Positions 43,546-53,120 of a DNA stretch of 64,000 nt are shown piece by piece. Source of the DNA: Thermofilum sp. (lineage in GTDB: Archaea > Thermoproteota > Thermoprotei > Thermofilales > Thermofilaceae); NCBI GenBank assembly GCA_038741495.1, contig JAVYKX010000001.1:54918-118917 (forward strand). Direction: 5' to 3'. Each line of letters begins with the position of its first letter. Within the stretch, counting starts at the first letter, position 1. The notes beneath the pieces are model-generated. The model was given only the letters and a program-made list of their open reading frames with translations, was not told the origin of the DNA and searched no databases. Both the position numbers and the translations under genes were made by a program.

Positions 43546-44190
43546 ATGGAAGCTGGTGGGCTTGAAGTAGCTGTGGGAGAGCTGCTGATCCCGCTGGAGA
43601 TGTACCTAGCGGCAGGCGTGAGAATAGGAACCAAGATGAAAAGCAAGTTCATGGAGCCCTACATCTTCAGCGTACGCCCAGACGGCCTCTACCTTCTCGA
43701 CGTGAAGAAGACCGACGAGAGAATCAGGCTAGCGGCAAAATTCATCGCCCGGTACCCGCCCGAGAAAGTGGTTGTAGTCGCCGGGAGGCAGTACGCGCAC
43801 AGACCGGCCAGGAAGTTCTGCGGCCTCGTGGGCTGCAAGGCGATCACCGGGAGGGTTCCTCCAGGAACCTTCACGAACCCATCTCTCCAGTCCTTCACAG
43901 AGGCTTCGCTGATGGTTATCACGGACCCCCGTGTCGACGAGCAAGCGCTGACGGAGGCGGGGACTATGGGGATCCCCGTTATCGCCTTCTGCGACACCGA
44001 CTCGCCCACGAGCTTCGTAGACTTAGTCATCCCCACAAACAACAGGGGCAGGAAGGCTTTAGCGCTCGTCTTCTGGCTGCTCGCGAGGGAGGTGCTCAGA
44101 GCCCGCGGAGAGATACCTCCGGACGGCGAGCTTCCCGTGCCCGTCTCCGAGTTCGAGGCCCGAGTCCTCCTGACCGGTGAGGTGGTCTAG
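43546..44190 (+). CDS. rps2: 30S ribosomal protein S2 (uS2)
   Basis: YLAAGVRIGT, GRVPPGTFTNP, AFCDTD, IPTNNRG. Confidence 0.97.
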   Translation: MEAGGLEVAVGELLIPLEMYLAAGVRIGTKMKSKFMEPYIFSVRPDGLYLLDVKKTDERIRLAAKFIARYPPEKVVVVAGRQYAHRPARKFCGLVGCKAITGRVPPGTFTNPSLQSFTEASLMVITDPRVDEQALTEAGTMGIPVIAFCDTDSPTSFVDLVIPTNNRGRKALALVFWLLAREVLRARGEIPPDGELPVPVSEFEARVLLTGEVV

Positions 44191-44237
44191 CCCCAGCGCC
44201 GAGTCCTCCTGACCGGTGAGGTGGTCTAGCCCCAGCG
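44160..44237. repeat. perfect 39-bp tandem duplication
   Basis: CCGAGTCCTCCTGACCGGTGAGGTGGTCTAGCCCCAGCG at 44160-44198 and 44199-44237. Confidence 0.95.
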
Positions 44238-44282
44238 TGCAGTTAAATAAGCTGCTCCTACAAGCTTCTTCTGGAAGGGTGT

Positions 44283-45158
44283 ATGAGGAAGCGGTACCCG
44301 TCTCAGGCGGGGTACTTTTACCCGAAATCCGAGGAAGAGCTCCGCAGCGCTCTGAAGGCCGCTTTCCTCCACGGCTTGGGACCCGGTTTCCTCCCGGAGG
44401 TTTCCGCGGGCTTCACGGGAGAGGTCATCGGCGCCGTAGTCCCCCACGCGGGGTACATCTACTCGGGGCACGTAGCGGCTCACGCGTACGCTAGGCTCGC
44501 CTCCGCAGGCTCTCCTAATCACGTGTTCATCATTGGGCCTAACCACCACGGCATCGGCGCCCCCGTGGCTGTCGACGAGCATGAAGCGTGGGTTACACCT
44601 CTCGGCGAGGTGGAGGTGGATTTAGAGGTGGCTAAGGAGCTCGCAGCCTCTGAGGAGCTGATCCGCTTCGACTTCTCGGCTCACGTCTACGAGCACTCGA
44701 TAGAGGTGCAGGTGCCATTCCTCCAGTTCGTTTTCGGGAAAGGCTTCCGCATCATACCGATCTCGATGCTACGCCAAGATCACCGCGCTGCCGCGAGAGT
44801 TGGGCAGGCGGTAGCTAGGGTTATCCGCGAGCACGGGCTCAAGGCGTACGTGCTTGCGAGCAGTGACATGAGCCACTACATCCCGGCAGAGGTGGCGCGC
44901 AAAAAGGACTTCAAAGCCATCGAGAGGATTCAGAGGCTGGATGTTCAGGGGCTCTACGACGTGGTTATAGAGGAAGATATCTCGATGTGCGGCTACGGCC
45001 CCGTGATGGTGCTCATGAAGGTAGCCCAGGAGCTGGGCTACACCGAGGTCCGGCTGCTCAAGTACGCGGACTCGGGAGACGTCACTGGGGACAAGAGCGA
45101 GGTCGTGGCTTACGCCGCCCTATCCTTTGAAAAGCCGGGCTTGGCGCGGAAACCGTAG
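44283..45158 (+). CDS. MEMO1 family / AmmeMemoRadiSam system protein B
   Basis: AGYFYP, PHAGYIYSG, GPNHHG, EHSIEVQVPF, SSDMSHY, SMCGYGP. Confidence 0.93.
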   Translation: MRKRYPSQAGYFYPKSEEELRSALKAAFLHGLGPGFLPEVSAGFTGEVIGAVVPHAGYIYSGHVAAHAYARLASAGSPNHVFIIGPNHHGIGAPVAVDEHEAWVTPLGEVEVDLEVAKELAASEELIRFDFSAHVYEHSIEVQVPFLQFVFGKGFRIIPISMLRQDHRAAARVGQAVARVIREHGLKAYVLASSDMSHYIPAEVARKKDFKAIERIQRLDVQGLYDVVIEEDISMCGYGPVMVLMKVAQELGYTEVRLLKYADSGDVTGDKSEVVAYAALSFEKPGLARKP

Positions 45159-45284
45159 AGGCCGCTGCCCCTCTCTATCGGGGCTTTGAGTCTGCGCCGC
45201 CGCGCAGCGGAGCCCCCCAGCCCCTCCGAGCGGGTAAAGGTGAAACGTTTAAAGCGCACGTAGGGTGTGTCCCGCGCCGCACCT

Positions 45285-46376
45285 ATGAGCATCTCCACGC
45301 GTAAGGATGATCACGTGCTGCTCTCAGTCAAAGAGCGCGTGACGTCGAGCGCTACGACTCTTCTGGAGGACGTTATTTTCGTGCACCACACGATTCCCCG
45401 GTGCGCATTAGCTGACATCAGCTTGGAGTCGGACTTCCTCGGGAAGGCTGTGAGCGCGCCGGTCATGATCAGCGGGATGACGGGTGGTTCCCCGCTGGCA
45501 GAGAAGATTAACCGCTCGCTGGCTGCGGTTGCGCAGAAGCTGAAGATTCCCTTGGGTGTGGGCAGCCAGCGGGCAGCTCTCGTCGACAGGGAGCTGGCGA
45601 GGACGTTTTCCGTTGTACGCGATGTAGCTCCTGACATTCCCGTGGTCGCGAACATCGGCGCTAGCCAAGTTTCTCGCGGGCTTAGCGCGAGCCAGGTGCT
45701 CGAGCTTGTCGAGATGGTGCGCGCCGATGCGCTGGCAGTTCACTTGAACCCCCTCCAGGAGGCTCTCCAGCCCGAGGGCGAGCCGGATATGAGGTCGTTC
45801 ATCGAGAACCTGAGACAGCTCGCCAGGGAGTCCCCGGTACCCGTGCTGCTTAAGCAGACTGGGGAGGGCTTCTCGCGCGAAGCCGCTCTAATGGTCAAGG
45901 GCCTCGTTAAGGGCATAGACGTGGGCGGGGCTGGTGGAACCTCTTTCGCGGTGATAGAAGGCCTCAGGGCGAGGTTGAGGGGGCTTGACGAGCTGGAGGA
46001 AATGGCTTCAACGTTCGCCTCTTGGGGTATCCCCACGGCTGCGAGCATCCTTGAAGTGCGCAGCGCGCTGCCCGATATCTTTCTCATCGCTTCGGGTGGC
46101 TTGACTACGGGGGTGGATGTCGCGAAGGCTCTCAGGCTGGGTGCGGACTTCGCAGGCATAGCGAGGCCTGTACTCCTGAAGCTGTATTACGGCGGCGAGC
46201 AAGCTGCGGAAAGGTACCTTCGGAGAGTTGTGAGCGAACTAAGAGTTGCGGTTTTCCTCACGGGCAGCTGCTCGCTTGAGGAGCTGCGGAAAGCCCCCGT
46301 AATTGTTAAAGGCCTCCTGAAGGAGTGGGTTCTCCAGAGGGGGTTGGAGATCCCTCGAGGGGCTGGCTATGGGTGA
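45285..46376 (+). CDS. fni: type 2 isopentenyl-diphosphate delta-isomerase
   Basis: RKDDH, MTGG, GVGSQR, HLNPLQE..QPEGE, GGTSF. Confidence 0.96.
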   Translation: MSISTRKDDHVLLSVKERVTSSATTLLEDVIFVHHTIPRCALADISLESDFLGKAVSAPVMISGMTGGSPLAEKINRSLAAVAQKLKIPLGVGSQRAALVDRELARTFSVVRDVAPDIPVVANIGASQVSRGLSASQVLELVEMVRADALAVHLNPLQEALQPEGEPDMRSFIENLRQLARESPVPVLLKQTGEGFSREAALMVKGLVKGIDVGGAGGTSFAVIEGLRARLRGLDELEEMASTFASWGIPTAASILEVRSALPDIFLIASGGLTTGVDVAKALRLGADFAGIARPVLLKLYYGGEQAAERYLRRVVSELRVAVFLTGSCSLEELRKAPVIVKGLLKEWVLQRGLEIPRGAGYG

Positions 46377-46812
46377 CTGCGCTGGGGGAGGGTTCCAGAT
46401 TCTCGAGCACACGGCGGATGTTCTCATCAGGGCTTGGGGCTCGACGCTGGATGAAGCTTTGAGTCACGCCGTGCTGGGAATGTACGAGGTGATGACAGAT
46501 CTCAGCAGCATCAGACCCTCTGAGATGAGGGTTGTGGAGGCTGAGGGGGTCGACCTCGAGAACCTCCTGTACAACCTTATCGAGAAGCTGATAATACTGT
46601 TCGATGAGGAAGCTTTCCTCATCTCCAGCGTCGAGAGCTGCCAGCTCACACAGCGGGACGGTGCCTGGCACGTAGTCCTCGAAGCTCGCGGCGAGAGGTA
46701 CGATCCTGAGAGGCACGAGTCGAGAGTCCTCGTGAAGGCGGCGACGTACCACATGATGAGAATCTGGAGCGAAGAAGGCTGCTGGTTCATCCAGTACGTG
46801 GTCGATATCTAA
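46369..46812 (+). CDS. archease
   Basis: EHTADV, VKAATYH, C-terminal VVDI. Confidence 0.95.
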   Translation: MGDCAGGGFQILEHTADVLIRAWGSTLDEALSHAVLGMYEVMTDLSSIRPSEMRVVEAEGVDLENLLYNLIEKLIILFDEEAFLISSVESCQLTQRDGAWHVVLEARGERYDPERHESRVLVKAATYHMMRIWSEEGCWFIQYVVDI

Positions 46813-46816
46813 CGGC

Positions 46817-47191
46817 TCAGCCGAAGCTCAGCACTATCCTCTTCAGGGTCAGCGTGGGCACCCTCTCTCTACCCCTCTCCTCGAACCTCACCAGCTTGTA
46901 CTTTTCGAGAAACTTCAAGTCGCGGTACACGTTTGGGACAGAACGGCCCAGAATGCTTGCGAGCCGCGTTATGCTCTCTCCCCGGCTTCTGGATAGTACT
47001 TCAACGAGCTCTCTCATTCTCTTGGATAGCAGGCGGTGAACGACGTCAGCCGGAATCTCCTCCCTTATCGTCTTGTGCAGAGCTTCGTCCCCTTCTTCCT
47101 CGTACATCAGGTAAAGCTTCTCAAACTTCGCCTCTCTAACAGCGCTGTCGAAATCCTCCCGCGTTAGCTCCCTCTCGACTACCGCTCTCAC
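46817..47191 (-). CDS. wHTH transcriptional regulator (COG4190-like)
   Basis: SITRLASILGRSVPNVYRDLKFLEKYKLV HTH. Confidence 0.85.
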   Translation of the reverse strand: MRAVVERELTREDFDSAVREAKFEKLYLMYEEEGDEALHKTIREEIPADVVHRLLSKRMRELVEVLSRSRGESITRLASILGRSVPNVYRDLKFLEKYKLVRFEERGRERVPTLTLKRIVLSFG

Positions 47192-47194
47192 GGG

Positions 47195-47219
47195 TTTTTT
47201 ATCATCAGATGATAAAAAA
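47195..47219. promoter_or_regulatory. perfect palindromic operator (12-1-12)
   Basis: TTTTTTATCATC-A-GATGATAAAAAA in the 67-bp divergent gap between the HTH gene and rtcB. Confidence 0.75.
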
Positions 47220-47258
47220 GCTTATCCAAGCTGCGCAGCTTACTTCACGGTGGTTTAG

Positions 47259-48707
47259 GTGGTACCACCTCTCCGCAAGATAACAGACTACATGTGGGAG
47301 ATCCCCGAGAAGTATAAGCCGGGCATGCTCGTCCCTGCGCTCGTGATCGCTGACGAAGTGCTTCTCAGCAAGATGAAAGAGGATCTGACCCTCGAGCAAG
47401 CGGCCAACGTGTCCCACCTCCCCGGCATCTACAAGTACTCGATAGTGCTCCCCGACGGGCACCAGGGCTACGGTTTCCCCATCGGTGGAGTAGCTGCTTT
47501 CGACGCTGAAGAGGGCGTGCTAAGCCCAGGAGGGGTCGGGTACGACATTAATTGCGGGGTTAGAGTGCTGAGAACCGAGCTCGACGAGAAGGATGTGAGG
47601 CCCAGGCTCAGGGACCTCGCCAGGGTTCTCTTCCGCAAGATCCCGTCGGGGCTGGGGAGCACTAGCGGCCTTAACCTAAGCTTCCCGGAGCTCGACAAAG
47701 TCCTGGAGGAGGGCGTCGAGTGGGCGCTCGAGAGGGGTTACGGGTGGAGGGAGGACGCCGACCACATCGAGGAGGGCGGCAGCATGAAGGGCGCTAGAGC
47801 GGACGCGGTATCTAGGGAGGCGAAGCAGCGCGGCAGGAACCAGCTGGGTACGCTGGGGAGCGGCAACCACTTCCTTGAGATACAGCGAGTCGATAAGATC
47901 TACGACCCGAGTGTCGCGAAAGAGCTGGGCATAGAGAGGGAGGGCCAGATAACCGTGATGATCCACACCGGAAGCAGGGGGCTAGGGCACCAGGTTGCCA
48001 GCGACTACTTGAAGGTCATGGAGCGGCTAGTCCACAAGTACAAGGTTCCCCTCCCCGACCGCGAGCTGGTCTCAGTGCCCACCACGGCTCCTGAGGCGCA
48101 GGACTACTTCGCTGCGATGGCAGCTGCTGCGAACTTCGCCTGGACGAACCGCCAGGTGATCACGCACTGGGTTAGGGAGAGCTTCGGGGAGGTTTTCGGC
48201 CGCGACCCCGACCAACTGGGCATGGAGGTGATCTACGACGTAGCGCACAACATAGCTAAGCTGGAGGAGCACGTAGTCGACGGGAAGAGAGTGAAAGTCT
48301 ACGTTCACCGCAAGGGCGCGACGAGAAGCTTCCCGCCAGGCCACCCAGCGGTACCGAAGGACTACCAGGGTGTAGGACAGCCCGTGCTGATTCCAGGCTC
48401 GATGGGCACAGCGAGCTACATCCTCGTAGGGACGCAGAGAGCTATGGAGCTCACCTTCGGCTCAGCACCCCACGGGGCCGGCAGGATGCAGAGCAGGGCT
48501 GAGGCGCGCCGCGCTGTGAGAGGCCAGGAGATCAAGTCCCAGCTGGAAAGGAGGGGCATAGTGGTCGAGGCGGCTAGCTTGGCTGTAGTCGCGGAGGAGG
48601 CTCCGGACGCCTACAAGGACGTGGACAGGGTCGTCCAGGTAGCGGATGCTGTCGGCATAGCCAGGAAGATCGTGAGAATGGTCCCCATAGCCGTCGTCAA
48701 GGGGTAG
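47259..48707 (+). CDS. rtcB: RNA-splicing ligase RtcB
   Basis: [51 protein letters not shown]. Confidence 0.98.
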   Translation: MVPPLRKITDYMWEIPEKYKPGMLVPALVIADEVLLSKMKEDLTLEQAANVSHLPGIYKYSIVLPDGHQGYGFPIGGVAAFDAEEGVLSPGGVGYDINCGVRVLRTELDEKDVRPRLRDLARVLFRKIPSGLGSTSGLNLSFPELDKVLEEGVEWALERGYGWREDADHIEEGGSMKGARADAVSREAKQRGRNQLGTLGSGNHFLEIQRVDKIYDPSVAKELGIEREGQITVMIHTGSRGLGHQVASDYLKVMERLVHKYKVPLPDRELVSVPTTAPEAQDYFAAMAAAANFAWTNRQVITHWVRESFGEVFGRDPDQLGMEVIYDVAHNIAKLEEHVVDGKRVKVYVHRKGATRSFPPGHPAVPKDYQGVGQPVLIPGSMGTASYILVGTQRAMELTFGSAPHGAGRMQSRAEARRAVRGQEIKSQLERRGIVVEAASLAVVAEEAPDAYKDVDRVVQVADAVGIARKIVRMVPIAVVKG

Positions 48708-48778
48708 TTTCTCGAAACTCTCGCTCGCGCTGGAAGCCGAAAAAGCTTTTAACGAACATACAGGTGAGAGCGGGGACT

Positions 48779-49381
48779 ATGTCTCAGGAGCTGCGAGAGC
48801 TTCGCACACTCGACGGGGAGGAGATAAAGCTCTTCGGCAAGTGGAGCCTATCGGAGGTCGAGGTACGGGACAAGAGCCTGGAAGCTTACATCTCCCTGAA
48901 GCCGGTTCTAGTCCCGCACTCGGAGGGAAGGCACGCTAAGAGAAGGTTCGGCAAGGCGAGAGTCTCCATCGTCGAGAGGCTCGCCAACACCATGATGCGG
49001 CCCGGCAGGAATGCCGGCAAGAAAATGCTGGCTCTTAACATCGTGAAGAGAGCTTTCGAGATCATCGAGCTTAAGACCGGTAAAAATCCGGTTCAGGTTC
49101 TGGTCTGGGCAATCGAGAACGCTTCCCCGAGAGAAGAGACCACTAGGGTTATCTACGGCGGTATACTCTACCACGTCTCTGTAGACGTCTCTCCTCAGAG
49201 GCGCGTTGACTTAGCTCTCAGGTTTATTAGCGAGGGGGCTCGGGCCTGCTCCTTCAACAACACCAAGCCGATTGAGGAGTGCCTTGCCGACGAGATAATC
49301 GCGGCAGCTTACGGCGACTCCTCGAGCTACGCTCTGAGGAGGAAGGAGGAGATAGAGAGAATCGCCATGGCCGCAAGGTAG
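48779..49381 (+). CDS. rps7: 30S ribosomal protein S7 (uS7)
   Basis: [29 protein letters not shown]. Confidence 0.97.
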   Translation: MSQELRELRTLDGEEIKLFGKWSLSEVEVRDKSLEAYISLKPVLVPHSEGRHAKRRFGKARVSIVERLANTMMRPGRNAGKKMLALNIVKRAFEIIELKTGKNPVQVLVWAIENASPREETTRVIYGGILYHVSVDVSPQRRVDLALRFISEGARACSFNNTKPIEECLADEIIAAAYGDSSSYALRRKEEIERIAMAAR

Positions 49382-49457
49382 GGTTTTCCTCTGGCCACGT
49401 TTTCGTTTTCTGCTCGAGAGATACTCTTATACATATGTGCTTGCTGCTACCCTTGGT

Positions 49458-50432
49458 ATGTCCGAGGTATGGGTAGAGAAGTACAGGCCTAGAACGCTCG
49501 ACGAGATTGTCGATCAAGAAGAGATCGTGAGGAGATTGAAGGAGTTCGTGAAGTCGAGGAGCATGCCCCACCTGCTGTTCGCAGGCCCCCCGGGTACCGG
49601 TAAGACTACAGCCGCTTTAGCGCTAGCCCACGACCTCTACGGGGAGAGCTGGAGAGACAATACCCTCGAGCTGAACGCGAGCGACGAGAGAGGTATAGAC
49701 GTCATAAGAAGCAGGATAAAGGACTATGCAAGGACTCTGCCCATCGGCGACGTCCCCTTCAAGCTCGTGATACTCGACGAGGCGGACAACATGACAGGTG
49801 ACGCGCAGCAGGCTTTGAGGAGAACGATGGAGCTCTTCAGCAGGAACACGCGCTTTATCCTCATCGCTAACTACGCCTCGAAGATCATCGAGCCGATACA
49901 GTCGCGCTGCGCAGTTTTCCGCTTCCAGCCGCTGCCGAAAGGCTCCGCTATCGAGAGGCTCCGCTGGATAGCCTCCCAGGAGAATCTTAACGTAGACGAG
50001 GACGCTCTGGAAGCTATCTGGGAGGAGAGCCAGGGAGACCTCCGCAGGGCGATAAACACGCTCCAAGCAGCCTCTGTGATCAGCAGGAACGTTACCGCTG
50101 AGGTCGTCTACGAGGCTCTGGGGAAAGTGCGGCCCAAGGAAGTGAGGGAGATGATCGACTACGCGGTGAAAGGCGACCTCGCGGAAGCTAGGGAGAAGCT
50201 CAGAGCCCTCCTCTACAGCTACGGCCTCTCCGGCCTCGACATCATCCGCCTAATCCACCGCGAAGTTCTGTCCTCGAAGTCCCCCCTCAGGCTGAGCAGC
50301 GCTACCCTCGCGGACCTGCTCGTCCTCATCGGCGAGGCGAACTACAGGATAGTCGAGGGGGCTGACGACGAAATACAGCTGATGGCCCTCCTATCGAAGC
50401 TCGCGCTGCTCTCTTCTAAAGGTGCGCAGTAG
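49458..50432 (+). CDS. rfcS: replication factor C small subunit
   Basis: WVEKYRP, GPPGTGKT, LNASDERG, LDEAD, SRC; no intein. Confidence 0.97.
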   Translation: MSEVWVEKYRPRTLDEIVDQEEIVRRLKEFVKSRSMPHLLFAGPPGTGKTTAALALAHDLYGESWRDNTLELNASDERGIDVIRSRIKDYARTLPIGDVPFKLVILDEADNMTGDAQQALRRTMELFSRNTRFILIANYASKIIEPIQSRCAVFRFQPLPKGSAIERLRWIASQENLNVDEDALEAIWEESQGDLRRAINTLQAASVISRNVTAEVVYEALGKVRPKEVREMIDYAVKGDLAEAREKLRALLYSYGLSGLDIIRLIHREVLSSKSPLRLSSATLADLLVLIGEANYRIVEGADDEIQLMALLSKLALLSSKGAQ

Positions 50433-50436
50433 GGCT

Positions 50437-51669
50437 ATGCCAGCAGAAGAGCTGCCCTGGACCGAGAAGTACCGTCCCCGGCGCATCGTGGACGTTGCCG
50501 GGAACGAGGAGGCCAAGAAGAAGTACGCTGCTTGGATCAATAGCTGGGTTCGCGGCAAGCCAACCAAGAAGGCTGCCCTGCTCTACGGTCCGCCAGGGTG
50601 CGGTAAGACGAGCATTGTGCACGCAACGGCGAACGAGTTCGGGTGGGAGCTCATCGAGCTCAACGCCAGCGATGAGCGGTCGAGGGCAGCTATCCAGACT
50701 AGAGTCCTCGCAGCGGCTAGGCTAGCTCCAGTTACGGGCTACTCGGGGAAGATAGTGCTCCTCGACGAGGTGGACGGCATATCCACTAGGGAAGATTCCG
50801 GCGGGCTCGACGCCATCCTGGAGCTCATCGAGCAGAGCGCGTACCCTGTGGTGCTCACCGCGAATGATCCTTGGGACCCGAAGCTGAGACCGCTGAGAGA
50901 TGTTTGCGAGCTCATAGAGTTCAAGCGGCTGGGCAAGAGGGATATCGTGAAGGTTTTAGAGAGCATATGCAGCAAGGAAGGCATAGCCTGCGACAAGGAG
51001 ATTCTCTCAGCCATAGCTGACAACGCGAAAGGCGATCTGAGAGCGGCGATCAACGACCTGCAGACGCTAGCGATGGGGAGGAAGACCCTCTCTCTCGCCG
51101 ACCTGCGGGTTATAGGGGAGAGAGCCGAGCAGGAGAGCATGTTCGAGATCGTGAGAACAGTCCTCACAGCGAAGAGCCCGGAGCAAGCCCTTTCCGTAAC
51201 GAGGCTTCCATCGCTGGACTACGAGATGCTGCTCCAGTGGCTGAGCGAGAACATCATCTACCAGTACGAGCCCAGCCTAGTGGCGATTGCGGACGCCTAC
51301 AACGCTCTTTCCTGGGCTGACATCTTCCTGAACAGGATGAAGCGCGAGCAGCAGTGGGCTTTGCTCACCTACGTGCTGGAGCTCATGACTGCCGGTGTAG
51401 CGAGCGCGCGGGAGAGGCCGCCTTTCAAGTTCGTGAAGTACAACTTCCCCGAGAAGATAAGGTTCCTGGCTCGGGTGAAGGAGAAGCGGGAAAAGTTCGT
51501 CAAGGCGACTAGGCTGGCTGCGCGGACGCTGCACGTCTCCACGAGCACTTTCAGGACGGAAATTCTTCCTTTCATCAAGGTGATTTACGAGCACGACCCC
51601 GGGAAAGCGAAGGAGATCCTGGAGAGCCTGGGGGTCAAGAAGGAGGATTTCTCCCTAGTGCTCGAGTAG
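50437..51669 (+). CDS. rfcL: replication factor C large subunit
   Basis: WTEKYRP, GPPGCGKT, LNASD.R, LDEVDG, NDPWD. Confidence 0.96.
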   Translation: MPAEELPWTEKYRPRRIVDVAGNEEAKKKYAAWINSWVRGKPTKKAALLYGPPGCGKTSIVHATANEFGWELIELNASDERSRAAIQTRVLAAARLAPVTGYSGKIVLLDEVDGISTREDSGGLDAILELIEQSAYPVVLTANDPWDPKLRPLRDVCELIEFKRLGKRDIVKVLESICSKEGIACDKEILSAIADNAKGDLRAAINDLQTLAMGRKTLSLADLRVIGERAEQESMFEIVRTVLTAKSPEQALSVTRLPSLDYEMLLQWLSENIIYQYEPSLVAIADAYNALSWADIFLNRMKREQQWALLTYVLELMTAGVASARERPPFKFVKYNFPEKIRFLARVKEKREKFVKATRLAARTLHVSTSTFRTEILPFIKVIYEHDPGKAKEILESLGVKKEDFSLVLE

Positions 51670-51673
51670 AGGG

Positions 51674-52936
51674 CTACCGCCTGCCGGAGGAGAGCTCTCT
51701 CTCGATAAGCTTCGTCAGCAGTCCCTCCAGGTAGTTTAGAGGGATTCTCGTTATTCCAACGAAGCTAATCTGAGTTGTCCTGCCGCGCGTCTCCCCGCTC
51801 TCAACCCTCGCGTCTATGACTCCGATCTTCTTCAACCTCTGCACCCTTTCCCATATGCTCGTGTGCCGCAGAGGCTTCTCATCGTACCTCCCGCATAGGT
51901 CCTCGTACTCGAGCTCAACGTCCCCCATGCTAACGTAGGCGCGGCTGGGCTCGAGGAGCAGAACCCTAGTTATCGCCAGGAGGATCAGCTTCTCGTGAAG
52001 ATCCAGCTTCTCGAAAACCTCCTCGTCGAGCTCCGCGGGGAGAACGCCTCGACTTATCACCTCGCGGACATCTGCAGGGAGGATCCCCTCCCTCCCCTCG
52101 CTCTCGGCTTTCAGCGCCGCGAAGTACAGGATCTTGAGAGCCATTCTCGCGTCGCCGTAACCTCTCCCGGTAGAGGGGTCGTAGCCGACGGCGGAAGCTA
52201 TCATGTCCACTACATCGTCCGAGACTGCGGTTTCACGTATAGCCTTGTCCGCGAGCACCCTGTTCCAGAGGATATCCCTGAGCTGAGCAGCCGTGTAGGG
52301 GTCGAACTTGAGCCTGGTGGACGCTAAAGAGCTCCTCACAGCATCTTCAATGTAGAGAGAGCTCTCGTCGAAGCGCCTGAAAATCACTACGAGGCCGATG
52401 CCGATCCTCGTACCGTGCAGCTCCGGAAGCCTGAGAAGCGTGTAAAGGATGGCGTTACCGTCCTCCTCGCGGGCGAGAACATCCGCCTCGTCGAGTATGA
52501 CGAGGAGGTTGTAGTCGTTACGGGCCAGGAAGTCGAAGATGTAGCTTGCCAGCTCGTCAGCCGAGAACCCTCTCCGCGGTATCGTGAGCCCCGCGTCACT
52601 GCCGATTTTCCGGAGCACCTGGTACCGTGTCCGCTGCTCTTGAGCATTCACGTAGCTCACCACGAGAGGAGGTATTCTCTTCCTCTCGCGGGCCTCGCTC
52701 GCCAGAAAGCTGCCGATTTTCCTGGCAACTGCCGTCTTACCTGTTCCCGCTGGCCCATCGTAGATCACGCTGAGTACAACGTACTTCTCGCCCTTGATGA
52801 CGGGCTTCAGGATGCGAAGCGAGTCCTCGATCTGGTTCTCCCTGTGCTGAAGCTTCACAGGGACGTACTCGGTGCTTAGTTTACGCTCGTCGAGAATTAT
52901 CCTTCGAGGAGCAAAACCCTCTCCTGCGAAACTCAT
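51674..52936 (-). CDS. cdc6: Orc1/Cdc6 replication initiator
   Basis: LQHRENQI, GPAGTGKT, LDEAD, GDARMAL sensor 2, C-terminal wHTH ending GRTT. Confidence 0.93.
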   Translation of the reverse strand: MSFAGEGFAPRRIILDERKLSTEYVPVKLQHRENQIEDSLRILKPVIKGEKYVVLSVIYDGPAGTGKTAVARKIGSFLASEARERKRIPPLVVSYVNAQEQRTRYQVLRKIGSDAGLTIPRRGFSADELASYIFDFLARNDYNLLVILDEADVLAREEDGNAILYTLLRLPELHGTRIGIGLVVIFRRFDESSLYIEDAVRSSLASTRLKFDPYTAAQLRDILWNRVLADKAIRETAVSDDVVDMIASAVGYDPSTGRGYGDARMALKILYFAALKAESEGREGILPADVREVISRGVLPAELDEEVFEKLDLHEKLILLAITRVLLLEPSRAYVSMGDVELEYEDLCGRYDEKPLRHTSIWERVQRLKKIGVIDARVESGETRGRTTQISFVGITRIPLNYLEGLLTKLIERELSSGRR

Positions 52937-53120
52937 CGCTCCTCTACCTCAGACCCGCCCACTAAAGAGCCTCTCCCTCTCAATAAAGTCTTTCTACAGC
53001 GCTCGAGCCACGCTTCTCTCTCACTTCGCGCCAGCACCCCTTCAAGGCAGCACGTGAAGGGATTTAGAGGGATGCACAGCCAAGAAAAAAGGTGATATCC
53101 CCATTCTACCCCTTTCTCAC

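Noticed and set aside
52937-53120. Replication origin (ORB elements) directly upstream of cdc6
   Set aside because: No TTCCAxTGGAA/G-string ORB and no AT-rich unwinding element; only a 7-bp inverted repeat (CCCTTCA/TGAAGGG).
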